Of a DNA stretch of 64,000 nucleotides, positions 1 through 9,974 are shown piece after piece. This DNA is from Candidatus Bruticola sp. (GTDB taxonomy: Bacteria; Vulcanimicrobiota; Xenobia; Xenobiales; Xenobiaceae). The notes below the pieces were generated by a model that did no database searches, was not told the DNA's origin, and saw only the letters and a list, made by a program, of their open reading frames with translations. A program made the position numbers and the translations under genes. Where the stretch lies: the NCBI GenBank assembly GCA_051874735.1, contig JBJEGD010000031.1:98681-162680 (forward strand), in the 5' to 3' direction. Each line of letters begins with the position of its first letter. Positions within the stretch are counted from its first letter, which is position 1.

Positions 1-76
1 TGGTCAGTCAGCTGCTACACTTAAAAACGAACCTAATAAAGCGAACGATCGCCAAGAAAGCGAGCTGTCCGAGGAA

Positions 77-1390
77 ATGCGGGCCATGCCTTTATCGGCT
101 CGTATGAGACCTCGCACTTTAGATGAATATGTGGGACAGGAACATTTAGTTGGTCCTGGTCGTATATTGCGCCGTCTTATGGACGGTGAAGCGTTGCCTT
201 CCATGATTTTATGGGGACCTCCAGGAACAGGCAAAACTAGCTTAGCCAGATTGCTTACTGCTGGGGCTAAAGCGGCTTTTGTCTCTCTGTCTGCTGTAAC
301 TGCTGGAGTTGGTGAAGTACGCCGTATTATTGGCGAAGCTAGAGAGCGTTGGCGTCTCATGAGGCGCCGCACATTAGTTTTTCTTGATGAAATTCATCGT
401 TTTAATAAGGCACAGCAAGACGTAATGCTGCCTCATGTTGAGGATGGATCTATAATTTTAGTGGGAGCCACTACTGAGAATCCTTCATTTCAAGTGGTGG
501 CGCCTCTTTTATCTCGATGTCGTGTTTTTACTTTAAATCCCTTAAGTCAGCAGAATATTGTTCTGTTGCTGCGCCGAGCTTTGGAAGATAAAGAAAGAGG
601 TTTGGGCCATTTTAATGTTGAGGTTGACCCTAGACTGCTGGACATTTTAGCTGAAGCTTGTACTGGAGATGCTCGCACTGCTTTGAATATTCTGGAAGAG
701 GCGGTCAATTCTGCCGCTGCTGATGAAGATGGACGTATAATGCTTACAGAGCGTCATTTGGCCGAAGCGGCTGGGCTATCAAATTTTCGTCACAGCCGAT
801 CTGGTGAGTCACATTACGACATAATTTCAGCTTTAATTAAATCGGTGCGCGGTAGCGATCCTGATGGAGCTGTATATTGGCTGGCCCGTCTGTTGGAAGC
901 AGGAGAAGATCCTCTTTTTGTGGCTCGGAGGTTAGTAATTTTGGCTTCCGAAGATGTCGGCTTAGCTGATTCTAATGGACTTACAGTAGCTGTAGCTGCT
1001 CAGCAGGCTGTGAACTTTGTTGGCATGCCGGAAGGTTTTTATCCGTTGGCTCATGCCACTTTGTATTTAGCCTTAGCCCCTAAATCTAACAGTGTGGGAA
1101 CCGCTTATATGGCGGCCTCTCAGATTGTTCATCAAAGTCCAGGTGAGCCTGTACCCTTGCATTTGCGCAACGCTCCCACTAAGCTTATGCAGAATTTAGG
1201 CTATGCTAAAGGATATCGCTACGCTCACGATTATGAAAACCATTATGTAAAGCAGCAATTTTTGCCTGATAATTTAAAAGAGTGCCGTTTTTATAATCCC
1301 GGTAAATTGGGTTATGAAAAGCGTTTAGCTGCTTGGTTGGAGCATTTGCGCTCTTCTTCAGAACTAACTCGAGAGGATAACCCTGCTTAG
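77..1390 (+). CDS. rarA: Replication-associated recombination protein A (RarA/MgsA AAA+ ATPase); may start before the window
   Basis: PLSARMRP, Walker A GPPGTGKT, Walker B LDEIHRFNKAQQD, GATTENP, SALIKSVRGSDPD, VPLHLRNAPT. The frame is open from position 2, so the true start may lie upstream. Confidence 0.95.
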   Translation: MRAMPLSARMRPRTLDEYVGQEHLVGPGRILRRLMDGEALPSMILWGPPGTGKTSLARLLTAGAKAAFVSLSAVTAGVGEVRRIIGEARERWRLMRRRTLVFLDEIHRFNKAQQDVMLPHVEDGSIILVGATTENPSFQVVAPLLSRCRVFTLNPLSQQNIVLLLRRALEDKERGLGHFNVEVDPRLLDILAEACTGDARTALNILEEAVNSAAADEDGRIMLTERHLAEAAGLSNFRHSRSGESHYDIISALIKSVRGSDPDGAVYWLARLLEAGEDPLFVARRLVILASEDVGLADSNGLTVAVAAQQAVNFVGMPEGFYPLAHATLYLALAPKSNSVGTAYMAASQIVHQSPGEPVPLHLRNAPTKLMQNLGYAKGYRYAHDYENHYVKQQFLPDNLKECRFYNPGKLGYEKRLAAWLEHLRSSSELTREDNPA

Positions 1391-1461
1391 TTAAGTAGAG
1401 AGGCGCTTGAAGCGAGTAGTGTTAATTTTATTGATTATTTTTATTCAACAAGAGGATTCCA

Positions 1462-2295
1462 ATGTTTAAAATAGGCTGCCATTTATCAATTTCTAAGGGA
1501 TTATCGGCTATGCTGAAAGATGCCCTGTCCATAGAAGCTAACGTTATTCAGTTTTTTTGCCGCAATCCTCGAGGTAAGGGAGTTTTGCGTTTCAGTAAAG
1601 AAGACGTCGAAAATTTTGTTCAGCAGCTTAGTCAGTATAGTTTTGGCCCTCTATTAGTCCACAGTCCGTTTGTTATTAATCCTGCTTCAGTAGAAGAAAA
1701 TGTGCGTTCTTTAACTAAAGAAGTATTTATTGAAGATTTAAATTTTACAGCTCAGCTGCCCGGAGCTATGTATAATTTCCATCCTGGAAATTATTTGAAG
1801 CGCACACCTGAAGAAGGTATTATTTCCATAGCTGAAATGCTTAATGAAGTGGTGCCAGATGATTTTCCGGGGATCGTTCTGCTAGAGACTATGGCTGGCA
1901 AAGGTACAGAGTTAGGACGCTCTTTTGAGGAATTGAAATCTATTATCGATCGGACTGAATGCTCCGAAAAATTGGGCGTTTGTTTAGATACCTGCCATGT
2001 TTGGGATGGAGGCTACGATGTGGTCGATGACTTGGAGCGCACTTTAGACCAGTTTGATCGAGTAGTGGGAATAAATAGATTAAAAGCTATCCATTTAAAT
2101 GATAGTTTGAATGTTCAAGGGGCTCGCAAAGATCGTCATGCTAAAATAGGAGAGGGACGATTAGGTATTAAAGCCATAGCTAGAATTATAAATCATCCTC
2201 TGCTTAAAGATCTGCCATTTTATTTGGAAACTCCCAATGTTTTGGCTGGCTACGGAGAGGAAATAAAAATTTTGCGTAGTTTATATGAAGCGTAA
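1462..2295 (+). CDS. nfo: Endonuclease IV (AP endonuclease family 2)
   Basis: IGCHLS, FHPG, LETMAGKGTELG, CLDTCH, HLNDS, DRHA, LETP Zn-ligand motifs; RBS AGAGG upstream. Confidence 0.95.
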   Translation: MFKIGCHLSISKGLSAMLKDALSIEANVIQFFCRNPRGKGVLRFSKEDVENFVQQLSQYSFGPLLVHSPFVINPASVEENVRSLTKEVFIEDLNFTAQLPGAMYNFHPGNYLKRTPEEGIISIAEMLNEVVPDDFPGIVLLETMAGKGTELGRSFEELKSIIDRTECSEKLGVCLDTCHVWDGGYDVVDDLERTLDQFDRVVGINRLKAIHLNDSLNVQGARKDRHAKIGEGRLGIKAIARIINHPLLKDLPFYLETPNVLAGYGEEIKILRSLYEA

Positions 2296-4042
2296 TACTG
2301 AAGGCTGCGAAGGTAAAGCGCCCATAAATAATATTTGTGAATTTAATCCGAATCTAACAAGTCAAAAAAGTACGGAGCGTCCCGATCGGCTTTCAGCGTC
2401 ATCTGAAATTAGAACCGAGCTGCGCCTGTTGCCTTCTAAATTAGCTCCTTCTGTCCGACCAAGGAGTAACAAGGGGCTCTTTTGGCTTATAGCATTTGGG
2501 GGCGTTCTTCTACTGACAGCGTTTATCTGCAGTTTGATAAGCCTTCGTCCTGAAGTGGAAAATATACTGAGTTGGAAGCGCAACTGTTTGGCAGTCGCTG
2601 TGCCTTGTGATTTGAACGGGCTAGATCCGGCTTTGTCATCGAATGCCGTGTCTATGCAAATGTTGCAGCCGGCCTTTGATAATTTAGTGGAATTTTCCGA
2701 AGGGACTATCAAGCCTTGTCTAGCTCAGAGCTGGAGTACTTCGCCTGATGGTTTAGTCTGGACTTTTAACCTGCGTCCCAACGTTTTGTTCCATGACGGT
2801 ACATCGCTTTCTGCTTCTGTAGTTTGCAGTTGGATCAAGCGGCTTATGAATGGAAATGGCCGCTATTATAAATTCTTTAGGATCAATTTGGGCGGTCAGC
2901 GTCCAGTTATAGCTGAAGTCAAGAGCTTGGGGCAGTTTCAGGTTAGGTTCAAACTCAATTATCCTTGTGCAGATTTTTTGGAGTTGTTAGCCGCCCCTCC
3001 TATGGCCGTTACCATTGCAGATAAAAAGGCCCTTGGATATGGAGCGGTATTAGGTACTGGCCCTTTCCAAATAGCCGATTATAGACCTGGTCAGCGTTTG
3101 AGGCTGCAAGCTTTTCAACAGAGCTGGCGGAAACAGTCCAGCTTTAAAGAATTAGTTTTTATAATTTTGCCAAATTCGTCCAGTCGGTTGCGTGAGTTGG
3201 AGAGGGGAGCCATCGATGTAATGCTCACTCTGCCCTTAGCGGAAGTCGATAGACTTAAAGCTAGTGACCAAATTGTTTTAACTGAGTCTAAAACTTTGGT
3301 GCGCCTTTCTTTGATGCCGAACTTTCTGCACCGCCCATTCAACGATATTAGAGGACGGTTAGCTTTGAGCTATGCTTCACCTAAAAAGTTATTTACAGAG
3401 CGTTTTGCTGGTAAGCGAGGTTCGTTGGGCCGCTCAATTTTGTCACCTTTAAGTAAGTTCGCTTTAAATTCTTGTTCGCTCAATAATTACGCCCCTGACA
3501 AAGCGAAGCGTTTGCTCAGTCGCATTTACGGAGTAGAGAATCAGCCAGAAAAACTTATTATGCTTTATTGTCGGGATAGTGGAAGTTGGGCTGATATGCG
3601 CTCTTCTGCCCAATTTTTGGCTGCTGGTCTCGAGACTTCCGGATTCCAAATTGAGCTGCATGAGGCCGATCAGGAGGAGTATCAGCGCGATCTGTCAGGA
3701 AATTATTATGATATATGCTTGCAGGCTGAAGAGGTAGCAGCTGCTGATCCCAGTTTGGAAATCAATCTCCTCATATCCGACCCTGGTGACGTTCACGATC
3801 AGTACAACATCGCTAATTACGATAGTCAAAGAATTTGGCGCCTTTTAGAAGCGGCTCGCTCAGCCCAAAATGTTGCTGATCGTATGAACTGTTATCAGGC
3901 CGTACAGAAAAAATTAGATAGTGATGCGGCTGATTTTGTACTCTGCTGGGCTAGTGTAATTCACGCTCATCAGCAAAATGTTCGCGGTTTAGAAATAGAT
4001 CGCTGGGGTATTATACATTTCGAAAAGGCTTTTATCTTATAG
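2285..4042 (+). CDS. ABC transporter substrate-binding protein, family 5 (OppA/DppA-like), N-terminal TM anchor
   Basis: LDPA...FDNLVE...PCLAQSWSTSPDGLVWTFNLRPNVLFHDGT and GTGPF signatures; hydrophobic LFWLIAFGGVLLLTAFICSLI; overlaps the nfo stop. Confidence 0.85.
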   Translation: MKRNTEGCEGKAPINNICEFNPNLTSQKSTERPDRLSASSEIRTELRLLPSKLAPSVRPRSNKGLFWLIAFGGVLLLTAFICSLISLRPEVENILSWKRNCLAVAVPCDLNGLDPALSSNAVSMQMLQPAFDNLVEFSEGTIKPCLAQSWSTSPDGLVWTFNLRPNVLFHDGTSLSASVVCSWIKRLMNGNGRYYKFFRINLGGQRPVIAEVKSLGQFQVRFKLNYPCADFLELLAAPPMAVTIADKKALGYGAVLGTGPFQIADYRPGQRLRLQAFQQSWRKQSSFKELVFIILPNSSSRLRELERGAIDVMLTLPLAEVDRLKASDQIVLTESKTLVRLSLMPNFLHRPFNDIRGRLALSYASPKKLFTERFAGKRGSLGRSILSPLSKFALNSCSLNNYAPDKAKRLLSRIYGVENQPEKLIMLYCRDSGSWADMRSSAQFLAAGLETSGFQIELHEADQEEYQRDLSGNYYDICLQAEEVAAADPSLEINLLISDPGDVHDQYNIANYDSQRIWRLLEAARSAQNVADRMNCYQAVQKKLDSDAADFVLCWASVIHAHQQNVRGLEIDRWGIIHFEKAFIL

Positions 4043-4077
4043 CTTTTATCTTATAAGTTCGGCGAAAGAACAGACTC

Positions 4078-5601
4078 ATGCTTATATACGATCGAGTTTC
4101 TTTATTGAGCCAAGCGCAGGTCTCTAGTGATAAATATGAACAATTGTGCTTCGGGATCAACCTGCTGGAAAAAGTGCGGAACACTTTACAGAATATTAGT
4201 ATCCCTTTGCTTAAGTTGCCTGAGTTTTGGAGAGGCCGCATATTTATTGTGGGTGGAGCACTGCGCAATTTAGCCTGGAATTATCCCGTTAAAGATTGGG
4301 ATCTGATTATTGAAGGAGGGGCACCACATGACACGGCCCGCTTATCCCGCCGTTTCTGTGATGTTTGCGGGGCTGCCTGGGTAGTTTTAGATCATAAGCG
4401 CGGGTTCTATCGAGCCGTTTTTACTAACGAAAATACGGATGTCGATTTTTGCGCCCTGCGCGGTGCTTTTTTGGAAGATGATCTTAAAGATAGAGATTTT
4501 ACGATCAATTCTTTAGCTTACAGTATAACTGAGAATATTATTTACGATGAAAAGCAGAGTTTGGTCGATTTGTACCAGCGCAAGTTGGCGCCCGTTTCGC
4601 CTTCTTGTTTATTTAACGATCCGCTGCGAGCTCTGCGGGCTTTGCGCTTAGGTATTGCATATCATCTTACTTGGGATAATGACTTATCTGCTCAGGTAGC
4701 TCATACGTTACAATCAGAAATAGGTCGAGTAGCCGAGGAGAGAGTTGGCTCTGAATTGGCTGCTGTATTACAGTGTTCATTGACTGAACAATTGAGTCTA
4801 TTGGCTGATTGCGCTTTTCCTCAATTTTTGTGCGGCGCGGGTACAAACTATCAGTTGGAAGGTCATAGAGAAAACTCTTCTTGGCTTTCTTCTGAGGGGG
4901 TAGTTCTTTTAATCGCTTTAGAGAGAGAACAGCATACAGGTTGGCCCAAGCTCAAACATAGCGGAAAACTTTTGCAGCATTATTTGAAATTATCGGTAAA
5001 AGGAGGGCGAAGTTTTCTAGTATTACTCAAAATGGCTTTGTTATGTCCTAGTTATCATCTAGAAAAAAAGCAAAATCGCTATAAATTATCAGTTCAAGAA
5101 CTAAAAGTAATATTTGAACTTAAACAAGCTGCTTCTGAATTGTGCAATTTACTATCGCAGAGAGCCTCAAGGAGGCAGTATTATAATTTTTTAACTAAAG
5201 TTAAGTTCTTCCCATGTTTAATTGCCTTGAATTATCTTTGGAAATTGTTTCAGTTTCAGGAAAAAGATAAGGGAAAATTATCATTTAACTCTGTTGGTAA
5301 TCTATCTAATCAAGACGACTTTCCTTTGGCATCTGACAACAGTGCTAAATTATGTGCCTATCATGAAGATACTTCTTGGTCCTTTCTGTTAGATTGTCTA
5401 TTACTAGATTATTTGAAAAACGGCACTCTTTCTTGCCCTGTTGTGCCTATAGATGGTCATCTTTTACAGAAAGAGTTAAACATCAGTCCTGGTCCTCAGT
5501 TAGGAAAAATTTTGGCTGCTCTATCTGCAGAGTGCAGCGAGCATTTTATGTCAAAAAATGAAGCTTTATCTTGGGTAAAGAATCACTTAGCTTGCGAGTA
5601 A
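4078..5601 (+). CDS. Class II tRNA nucleotidyltransferase / poly(A) polymerase family protein, probably CC-adding type
   Basis: FIVGGALR..KDWDL (DxD), EDDLKDRDFTINSLA, NDPLRALR and C-terminal PGPQLGKIL; the flexible loop before motif B is absent. Confidence 0.8.
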   Translation: MLIYDRVSLLSQAQVSSDKYEQLCFGINLLEKVRNTLQNISIPLLKLPEFWRGRIFIVGGALRNLAWNYPVKDWDLIIEGGAPHDTARLSRRFCDVCGAAWVVLDHKRGFYRAVFTNENTDVDFCALRGAFLEDDLKDRDFTINSLAYSITENIIYDEKQSLVDLYQRKLAPVSPSCLFNDPLRALRALRLGIAYHLTWDNDLSAQVAHTLQSEIGRVAEERVGSELAAVLQCSLTEQLSLLADCAFPQFLCGAGTNYQLEGHRENSSWLSSEGVVLLIALEREQHTGWPKLKHSGKLLQHYLKLSVKGGRSFLVLLKMALLCPSYHLEKKQNRYKLSVQELKVIFELKQAASELCNLLSQRASRRQYYNFLTKVKFFPCLIALNYLWKLFQFQEKDKGKLSFNSVGNLSNQDDFPLASDNSAKLCAYHEDTSWSFLLDCLLLDYLKNGTLSCPVVPIDGHLLQKELNISPGPQLGKILAALSAECSEHFMSKNEALSWVKNHLACE

Positions 5602-5951
5602 CTTCAGTTTTCACTGCCTCTATACGGCCAATTTGACGATATTAATTGAAAATGTAAATAATGGAATAACGTATACTTTAAACTGAACTTAGAGAGAATG
5701 TTGTCGGAGGAACTGTTTTTATCTTGCTTAAGCAATTTACGATGGGAAGGCAAGTTAAACTTTATGGAGAATAACGACGAGGAATTTTTTCGTTGCTGTG
5801 ATGGCACTTCTGTTGTTCTTTGCTGAAATTGTCTGCAGTTTAATTAGTTTAAAGGACAAGTTTAGTGTTGTTGTCTTTGGGCAGATAGTATTTGGGAGGG
5901 GCAGGAAAGAGTTTTTGTATTGAGAGAGGGCTGCAGCAAGAACTGATTCCT

Positions 5952-6052
5952 AAAACGCTACGACTCACAGAGTTAAAGTAGAGGCAATGAGTCGTCACTC
6001 TCTTGGGTGAAAAAGCCTCTTTCGCGATGTGAAACGCTATCGTTGGCGTTTT
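5952..6052 (+). ncRNA. Candidate structured cis-regulatory RNA (four helices plus pseudoknot) in the kinase 5' leader
   Basis: Hand-folded: 5952-5960/6044-6052, 5961-5967/5988-5994, 5995-6000/6005-6010, 6024-6028/6039-6043; pseudoknot AGAGGC 5980-5985 with GCCTCT 6015-6020. No family recognised. Confidence 0.4.
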
Positions 6053-6089
6053 TGTGGTTTTTTAAATACATTATGAGGTCGCTAACCTA

Positions 6090-9000
6090 ATGGGTACCAT
6101 CTATATTGGGCGCTATAAAGTTATAGAAGAACTGGGAAGAGGCGGTATGGGAGTAGTGTATCGCGGTGAAGATCCAGTGCTAGAACGTCAAGTCGCTATA
6201 AAAGTTCTGCCTCCCAAAAAGATGACCCCTAAGTCTATTGAACGCTTTCTGCGCGAAGCAAAAACAGCGGCCCGTCTAGATAGTCCTTATATTGTTAAAA
6301 TTCACGATATCGGTCAAGTTGACGACATACATTTTATTGTTATGGAGTATGTCGAAGGCAGTTCACTTGGCGATATGATTGAATATGAAGAGGTTCCGAC
6401 TGCGGAACAGCTTCGTTTGCGTCTAAAAATATTCCGCCAAGTTATGGAAGCTGTGCGGTATGCTCACGAAAATGGGGTAATTCACCGCGACCTTAAGCCC
6501 GACAACATTATGGTTAATAAATCTGGCCACGTTAAGGTAATGGACTTTGGTTTAGCCTTTTTCGCCGGTCAGCATTCTCTTACCGAAGTAGGTCAAGTTA
6601 TGGGCACTGCTGCTTACGTGTCTCCAGAACAAGCCGTAGGCAAGCTGACCGACGAGCGCACTGATATTTATTCTTTGGGCGTCATTCTGTTCGAGCTTAT
6701 TACTGGTCGTTGGCCTTTCAGTGCTGGCAATCCTTTGGAAATGTTCCGTAAAGTGGCTGAGGAGCCGGCTCCTTCTCCGCGCATTTACAATAAAGGGATT
6801 TCTCCCGGCTTAGAAACTTTAGTTCTGCGGTCGTTGCGCAAGAAAGTTGAAGATCGTTTTTCCTCTGTAGCAGAAATGCTCGAAAGTTTCGATGCGTGCT
6901 TGCGCAACGATATTTACGCGCCTTCAACGTCCGTTTCGGCAGCCTCTCTTGCAGTTGACAAGATGACTGGTACGGCCAAACATTCTCGTTTGCCGGCTCC
7001 TTCTTCTGCGCGTTTCAATGCTTCCAAAGCTGGAGCTGCTCCCGAATTAGCCTCTTCCTTGCCTCCTTCAGCTGAATCTAATAGTCGGCGTCTGCCCGAT
7101 CCTTCGAGAGTAAGGCGTTTGCCCATAGGCCAAAACCATATCTCAGAAACTATACAGGCTGCAGCTTCAGCTCCGTCAGTGGTAGCGGCGCCTGCGGCGC
7201 CGCTTAAGGACAGAAAAAATTCTATGCCGGTTTCAGGATCTTCCCGTTTGGTGCGATCTACTAATACGAGACCAGCTGTAGTCATCAATTCTGCTGCTGC
7301 TTACGAAGCTGATATCGCCCGTCAAAACGAGCAGTCTGCCAAAGCGAGCCGGAAGGCGGGCGGGGTCATTACTATCGGTGGAGAGGAAGCCTTCCGCACT
7401 TCGGTGGCTTCTTATAGCTCTCAAGAGCAGCAGCCAGCTGTCAAGGCTGAAGAGTCTATTATTAAGCCGGAGGCATTTCCTCAGAAAGTATCACTGCCTA
7501 CGCCTGGTCCGCCAGTTCGCCGTGTTATTCAAGAAACTAGTGTAGCTGCTCCCTTAAATTTCTCTGCTGGTAGTGTAACTTCACCTGCCCCTTCAGCTGG
7601 AGCAGTTCAGATACCTATTCCTAAAATAGAACCTGCCCCTTTAGTAACAGAACCTAAGAATGAACTGCCTGCGCTTTCTGCGCCTAAGGAAAATAGCGAA
7701 GGAGGGAGTAGTGCTGCTCCTAGGCGTTTTGTTGGGGGCAGCGGTGCCGCTGTAGCTTCTAATGCTTGGATGGCCGGTGTCGAGGAAAAAATTTCTCCGT
7801 CCTCTCCTTCAGAAGCAGAAATTATGCCTGATGCGGCAATTTCAGAAGCCGTGTCTGAACGCGATCTGGAAACGGTTATTAAGTCTGGTTTGTCAGCCTT
7901 CAAAGATTCGCGTTTCTCAGAAGCCGCTTCTGAGTTCAGCTTAGTGCTGTCCCGCGATCCGGAGAATATTCAAGGACTTATAGGTTTAGGGCGCGTTCGT
8001 TGTGAATTAGGCGAATACGACTCTGCACGTTCTTTAATTGAAGAAGCAGTTAAGTACGCTCCTGACAGTCACGAGCCTTATGTTGCTTTAGCCGATTTTT
8101 TCTCCAGAACAGAGCAACCAGCCTTAGTTATTTCTGCCTTACATAAAGCGCTCGACCGCTGTGAATATGACAATATGCTGCGTTGTCGTTTGGCCTTTCT
8201 CTATTTTTCTCAAAGTAGGCCCGACGTAGCCTTTGAGCAGTATTGTGTTGCTTTAGAACAAGCTCCTGACGATTTCCAAGTTAATTATCAGTTCGCTCTG
8301 TTCCTTGTAACTCAAGAGCGATATAAAGAGGCTCTGAATTGTTTGCACAGAGCTTGCAATGCTCAGCCCGATAATGGTGATATTTACAGTCTTTTGGCTG
8401 ATGTTTGTCTCAAATTGGGCGATACAGCTCAAGCTCAAAGCGTACTGGAAAGAGCGCTTGAAGCTGGTGTACGTGTCGATTCCGGCGTTCATACTGATTG
8501 GGCCTCTCTTTACATGGCTCAAAATAATGAAAAACAGGCTGTCAGCGAATTGAGTGAAGCTTTAGAAGCAGAGCCTGGACACATAGAGGCTTCCATAAAG
8601 CTTTCCGCTCTGTTTTGCCATCACAATCAGCTTAGCGAAGCTGTTCGAACTTTAGAACAAGCTTTAAAGTTCCATCCCAATAGTTTGAGTTTGCATAGGC
8701 GTTTAGGAGAAGTGTTTATTTTGGGTGGTTCCTTGGAAAAAGCCATGGATCACTTTGAACAGATTGTTAAGTTGGAACCAGCCTGCGCCGAAAACTACAA
8801 CCGCTTAGGTCGATTATCTCTCAAGAAACATTACGATGCTTCTTCCGTTGAACAGTATCAGAAGGCCGTTGAAGCGCATCCTGTCAATCCGACCTATCGC
8901 GAAGATCTGGCTATGGTGTATTACTGCATGGGTAAGTATCAGGCAGCTATCGCCGAGTTGGTAAAAGCCTGTCGTCTAGATTACACTAATCCAGATTATC

Positions 9001-9974
9001 CAAAGTCCTTAGGTATTATGCTTTTAGAGTTAGGGGCTTATGAAGACGCCATGCGTCAGCTCCAGAGTAGTTTATCGCTTCGTCCTAATGACGCTCAGGC
9101 TCGAGGAATGTTAGGTAGAGCTTTGGCGGGGCAGGGTCTGAACAATTTAGCGATTATCGAATTCCAAAAGGCTATCGACAGCGATCCTGATATGTACCTA
9201 TTTAACCTGCCTTTGGCCAGAGCCTATGCCATGCAGGGACGTCACGATCAGGCTGTGCTGTGCTTTAAACGTTTCCTCAATGTCATTCCTGACAGCAGTA
9301 GTTTCTATTCTGTTTACAATGCTTATGTGGGCGTTGGGCGCAGTCTGATTGCTAATGGTGAATTAGTGGGAGCCTTAGAGGTGCTGTCTTCTATTTTAGT
9401 GCGCGATCCTTACAATGCTGAGGCTTGTATTGGTCTAGCTAAGGTTTGGCTCAGCAAGAAGAATTATGCTAAAGCTTCCAGCTTTGTAGAGGAAGGCTTG
9501 AAATCAGCTCCCCACTATGCTCCGCTGCTGCTAGTCAAAGCTGATATTTTGGGAGCTCAAGATCGGTGGAGTAGTGCTGTTTCTGCATTACTTGAGGCCG
9601 TTCAGGAAGCGCCGCATAATCACCATATTGTGGAACAGCTGGGCCGAGCCTACCGCAAATGCGGGCGTCTTCAGGATGCTATAGAAATTTTCTCCAAGGC
9701 TGCCGAAGATTTTCCCGAATTTAGCGGCCATTTCTATTGGCTTAAAGGGCGTGTTCTTTATCGTCAGGGGCAGTATGAAGCTGCCGTTTGGTCTTACCGG
9801 CAGGCCGCAGAGACTGATCCTGAGGATTGGCGTATATATTTAGATATGGGCAAAGCGTACAGTAGTTTGCAGCAGCTCGACGAAGCTGCTGGGGCCTACA
9901 GAAGTGCTGAACGCTTAGCTCCTGCTGAAGAAAAGAAGCAGATTCGCTCTTTACTTAGCCGTCTGCGCCGTTAA
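6090..9974 (+). CDS. Hanks-type Ser/Thr protein kinase with Pro/Ser/Ala-rich linker and long C-terminal TPR array
   Basis: LGRGGMGVVY, VAIKVL, HRDLKPDN, DFG, GTAAYVSPEQ, DIYSLG; about 700 aa of TPR-like repeats; no TM segment seen. Confidence 0.93.
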   Translation: MGTIYIGRYKVIEELGRGGMGVVYRGEDPVLERQVAIKVLPPKKMTPKSIERFLREAKTAARLDSPYIVKIHDIGQVDDIHFIVMEYVEGSSLGDMIEYEEVPTAEQLRLRLKIFRQVMEAVRYAHENGVIHRDLKPDNIMVNKSGHVKVMDFGLAFFAGQHSLTEVGQVMGTAAYVSPEQAVGKLTDERTDIYSLGVILFELITGRWPFSAGNPLEMFRKVAEEPAPSPRIYNKGISPGLETLVLRSLRKKVEDRFSSVAEMLESFDACLRNDIYAPSTSVSAASLAVDKMTGTAKHSRLPAPSSARFNASKAGAAPELASSLPPSAESNSRRLPDPSRVRRLPIGQNHISETIQAAASAPSVVAAPAAPLKDRKNSMPVSGSSRLVRSTNTRPAVVINSAAAYEADIARQNEQSAKASRKAGGVITIGGEEAFRTSVASYSSQEQQPAVKAEESIIKPEAFPQKVSLPTPGPPVRRVIQETSVAAPLNFSAGSVTSPAPSAGAVQIPIPKIEPAPLVTEPKNELPALSAPKENSEGGSSAAPRRFVGGSGAAVASNAWMAGVEEKISPSSPSEAEIMPDAAISEAVSERDLETVIKSGLSAFKDSRFSEAASEFSLVLSRDPENIQGLIGLGRVRCELGEYDSARSLIEEAVKYAPDSHEPYVALADFFSRTEQPALVISALHKALDRCEYDNMLRCRLAFLYFSQSRPDVAFEQYCVALEQAPDDFQVNYQFALFLVTQERYKEALNCLHRACNAQPDNGDIYSLLADVCLKLGDTAQAQSVLERALEAGVRVDSGVHTDWASLYMAQNNEKQAVSELSEALEAEPGHIEASIKLSALFCHHNQLSEAVRTLEQALKFHPNSLSLHRRLGEVFILGGSLEKAMDHFEQIVKLEPACAENYNRLGRLSLKKHYDASSVEQYQKAVEAHPVNPTYREDLAMVYYCMGKYQAAIAELVKACRLDYTNPDYPKSLGIMLLELGAYEDAMRQLQSSLSLRPNDAQARGMLGRALAGQGLNNLAIIEFQKAIDSDPDMYLFNLPLARAYAMQGRHDQAVLCFKRFLNVIPDSSSFYSVYNAYVGVGRSLIANGELVGALEVLSSILVRDPYNAEACIGLAKVWLSKKNYAKASSFVEEGLKSAPHYAPLLLVKADILGAQDRWSSAVSALLEAVQEAPHNHHIVEQLGRAYRKCGRLQDAIEIFSKAAEDFPEFSGHFYWLKGRVLYRQGQYEAAVWSYRQAAETDPEDWRIYLDMGKAYSSLQQLDEAAGAYRSAERLAPAEEKKQIRSLLSRLRR

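Noticed and set aside
1399-1419. AGAGGCGC...GAGTAG resembling the 5' end of a lysine riboswitch
   Set aside because: The intergenic gap is only about 70 nt, far too short for the aptamer, and the downstream gene is nfo.
5604-5807. 67-aa minus-strand ORF in the kinase upstream region
   Set aside because: No motif or clear RBS; lies in AT-rich promoter-like DNA.
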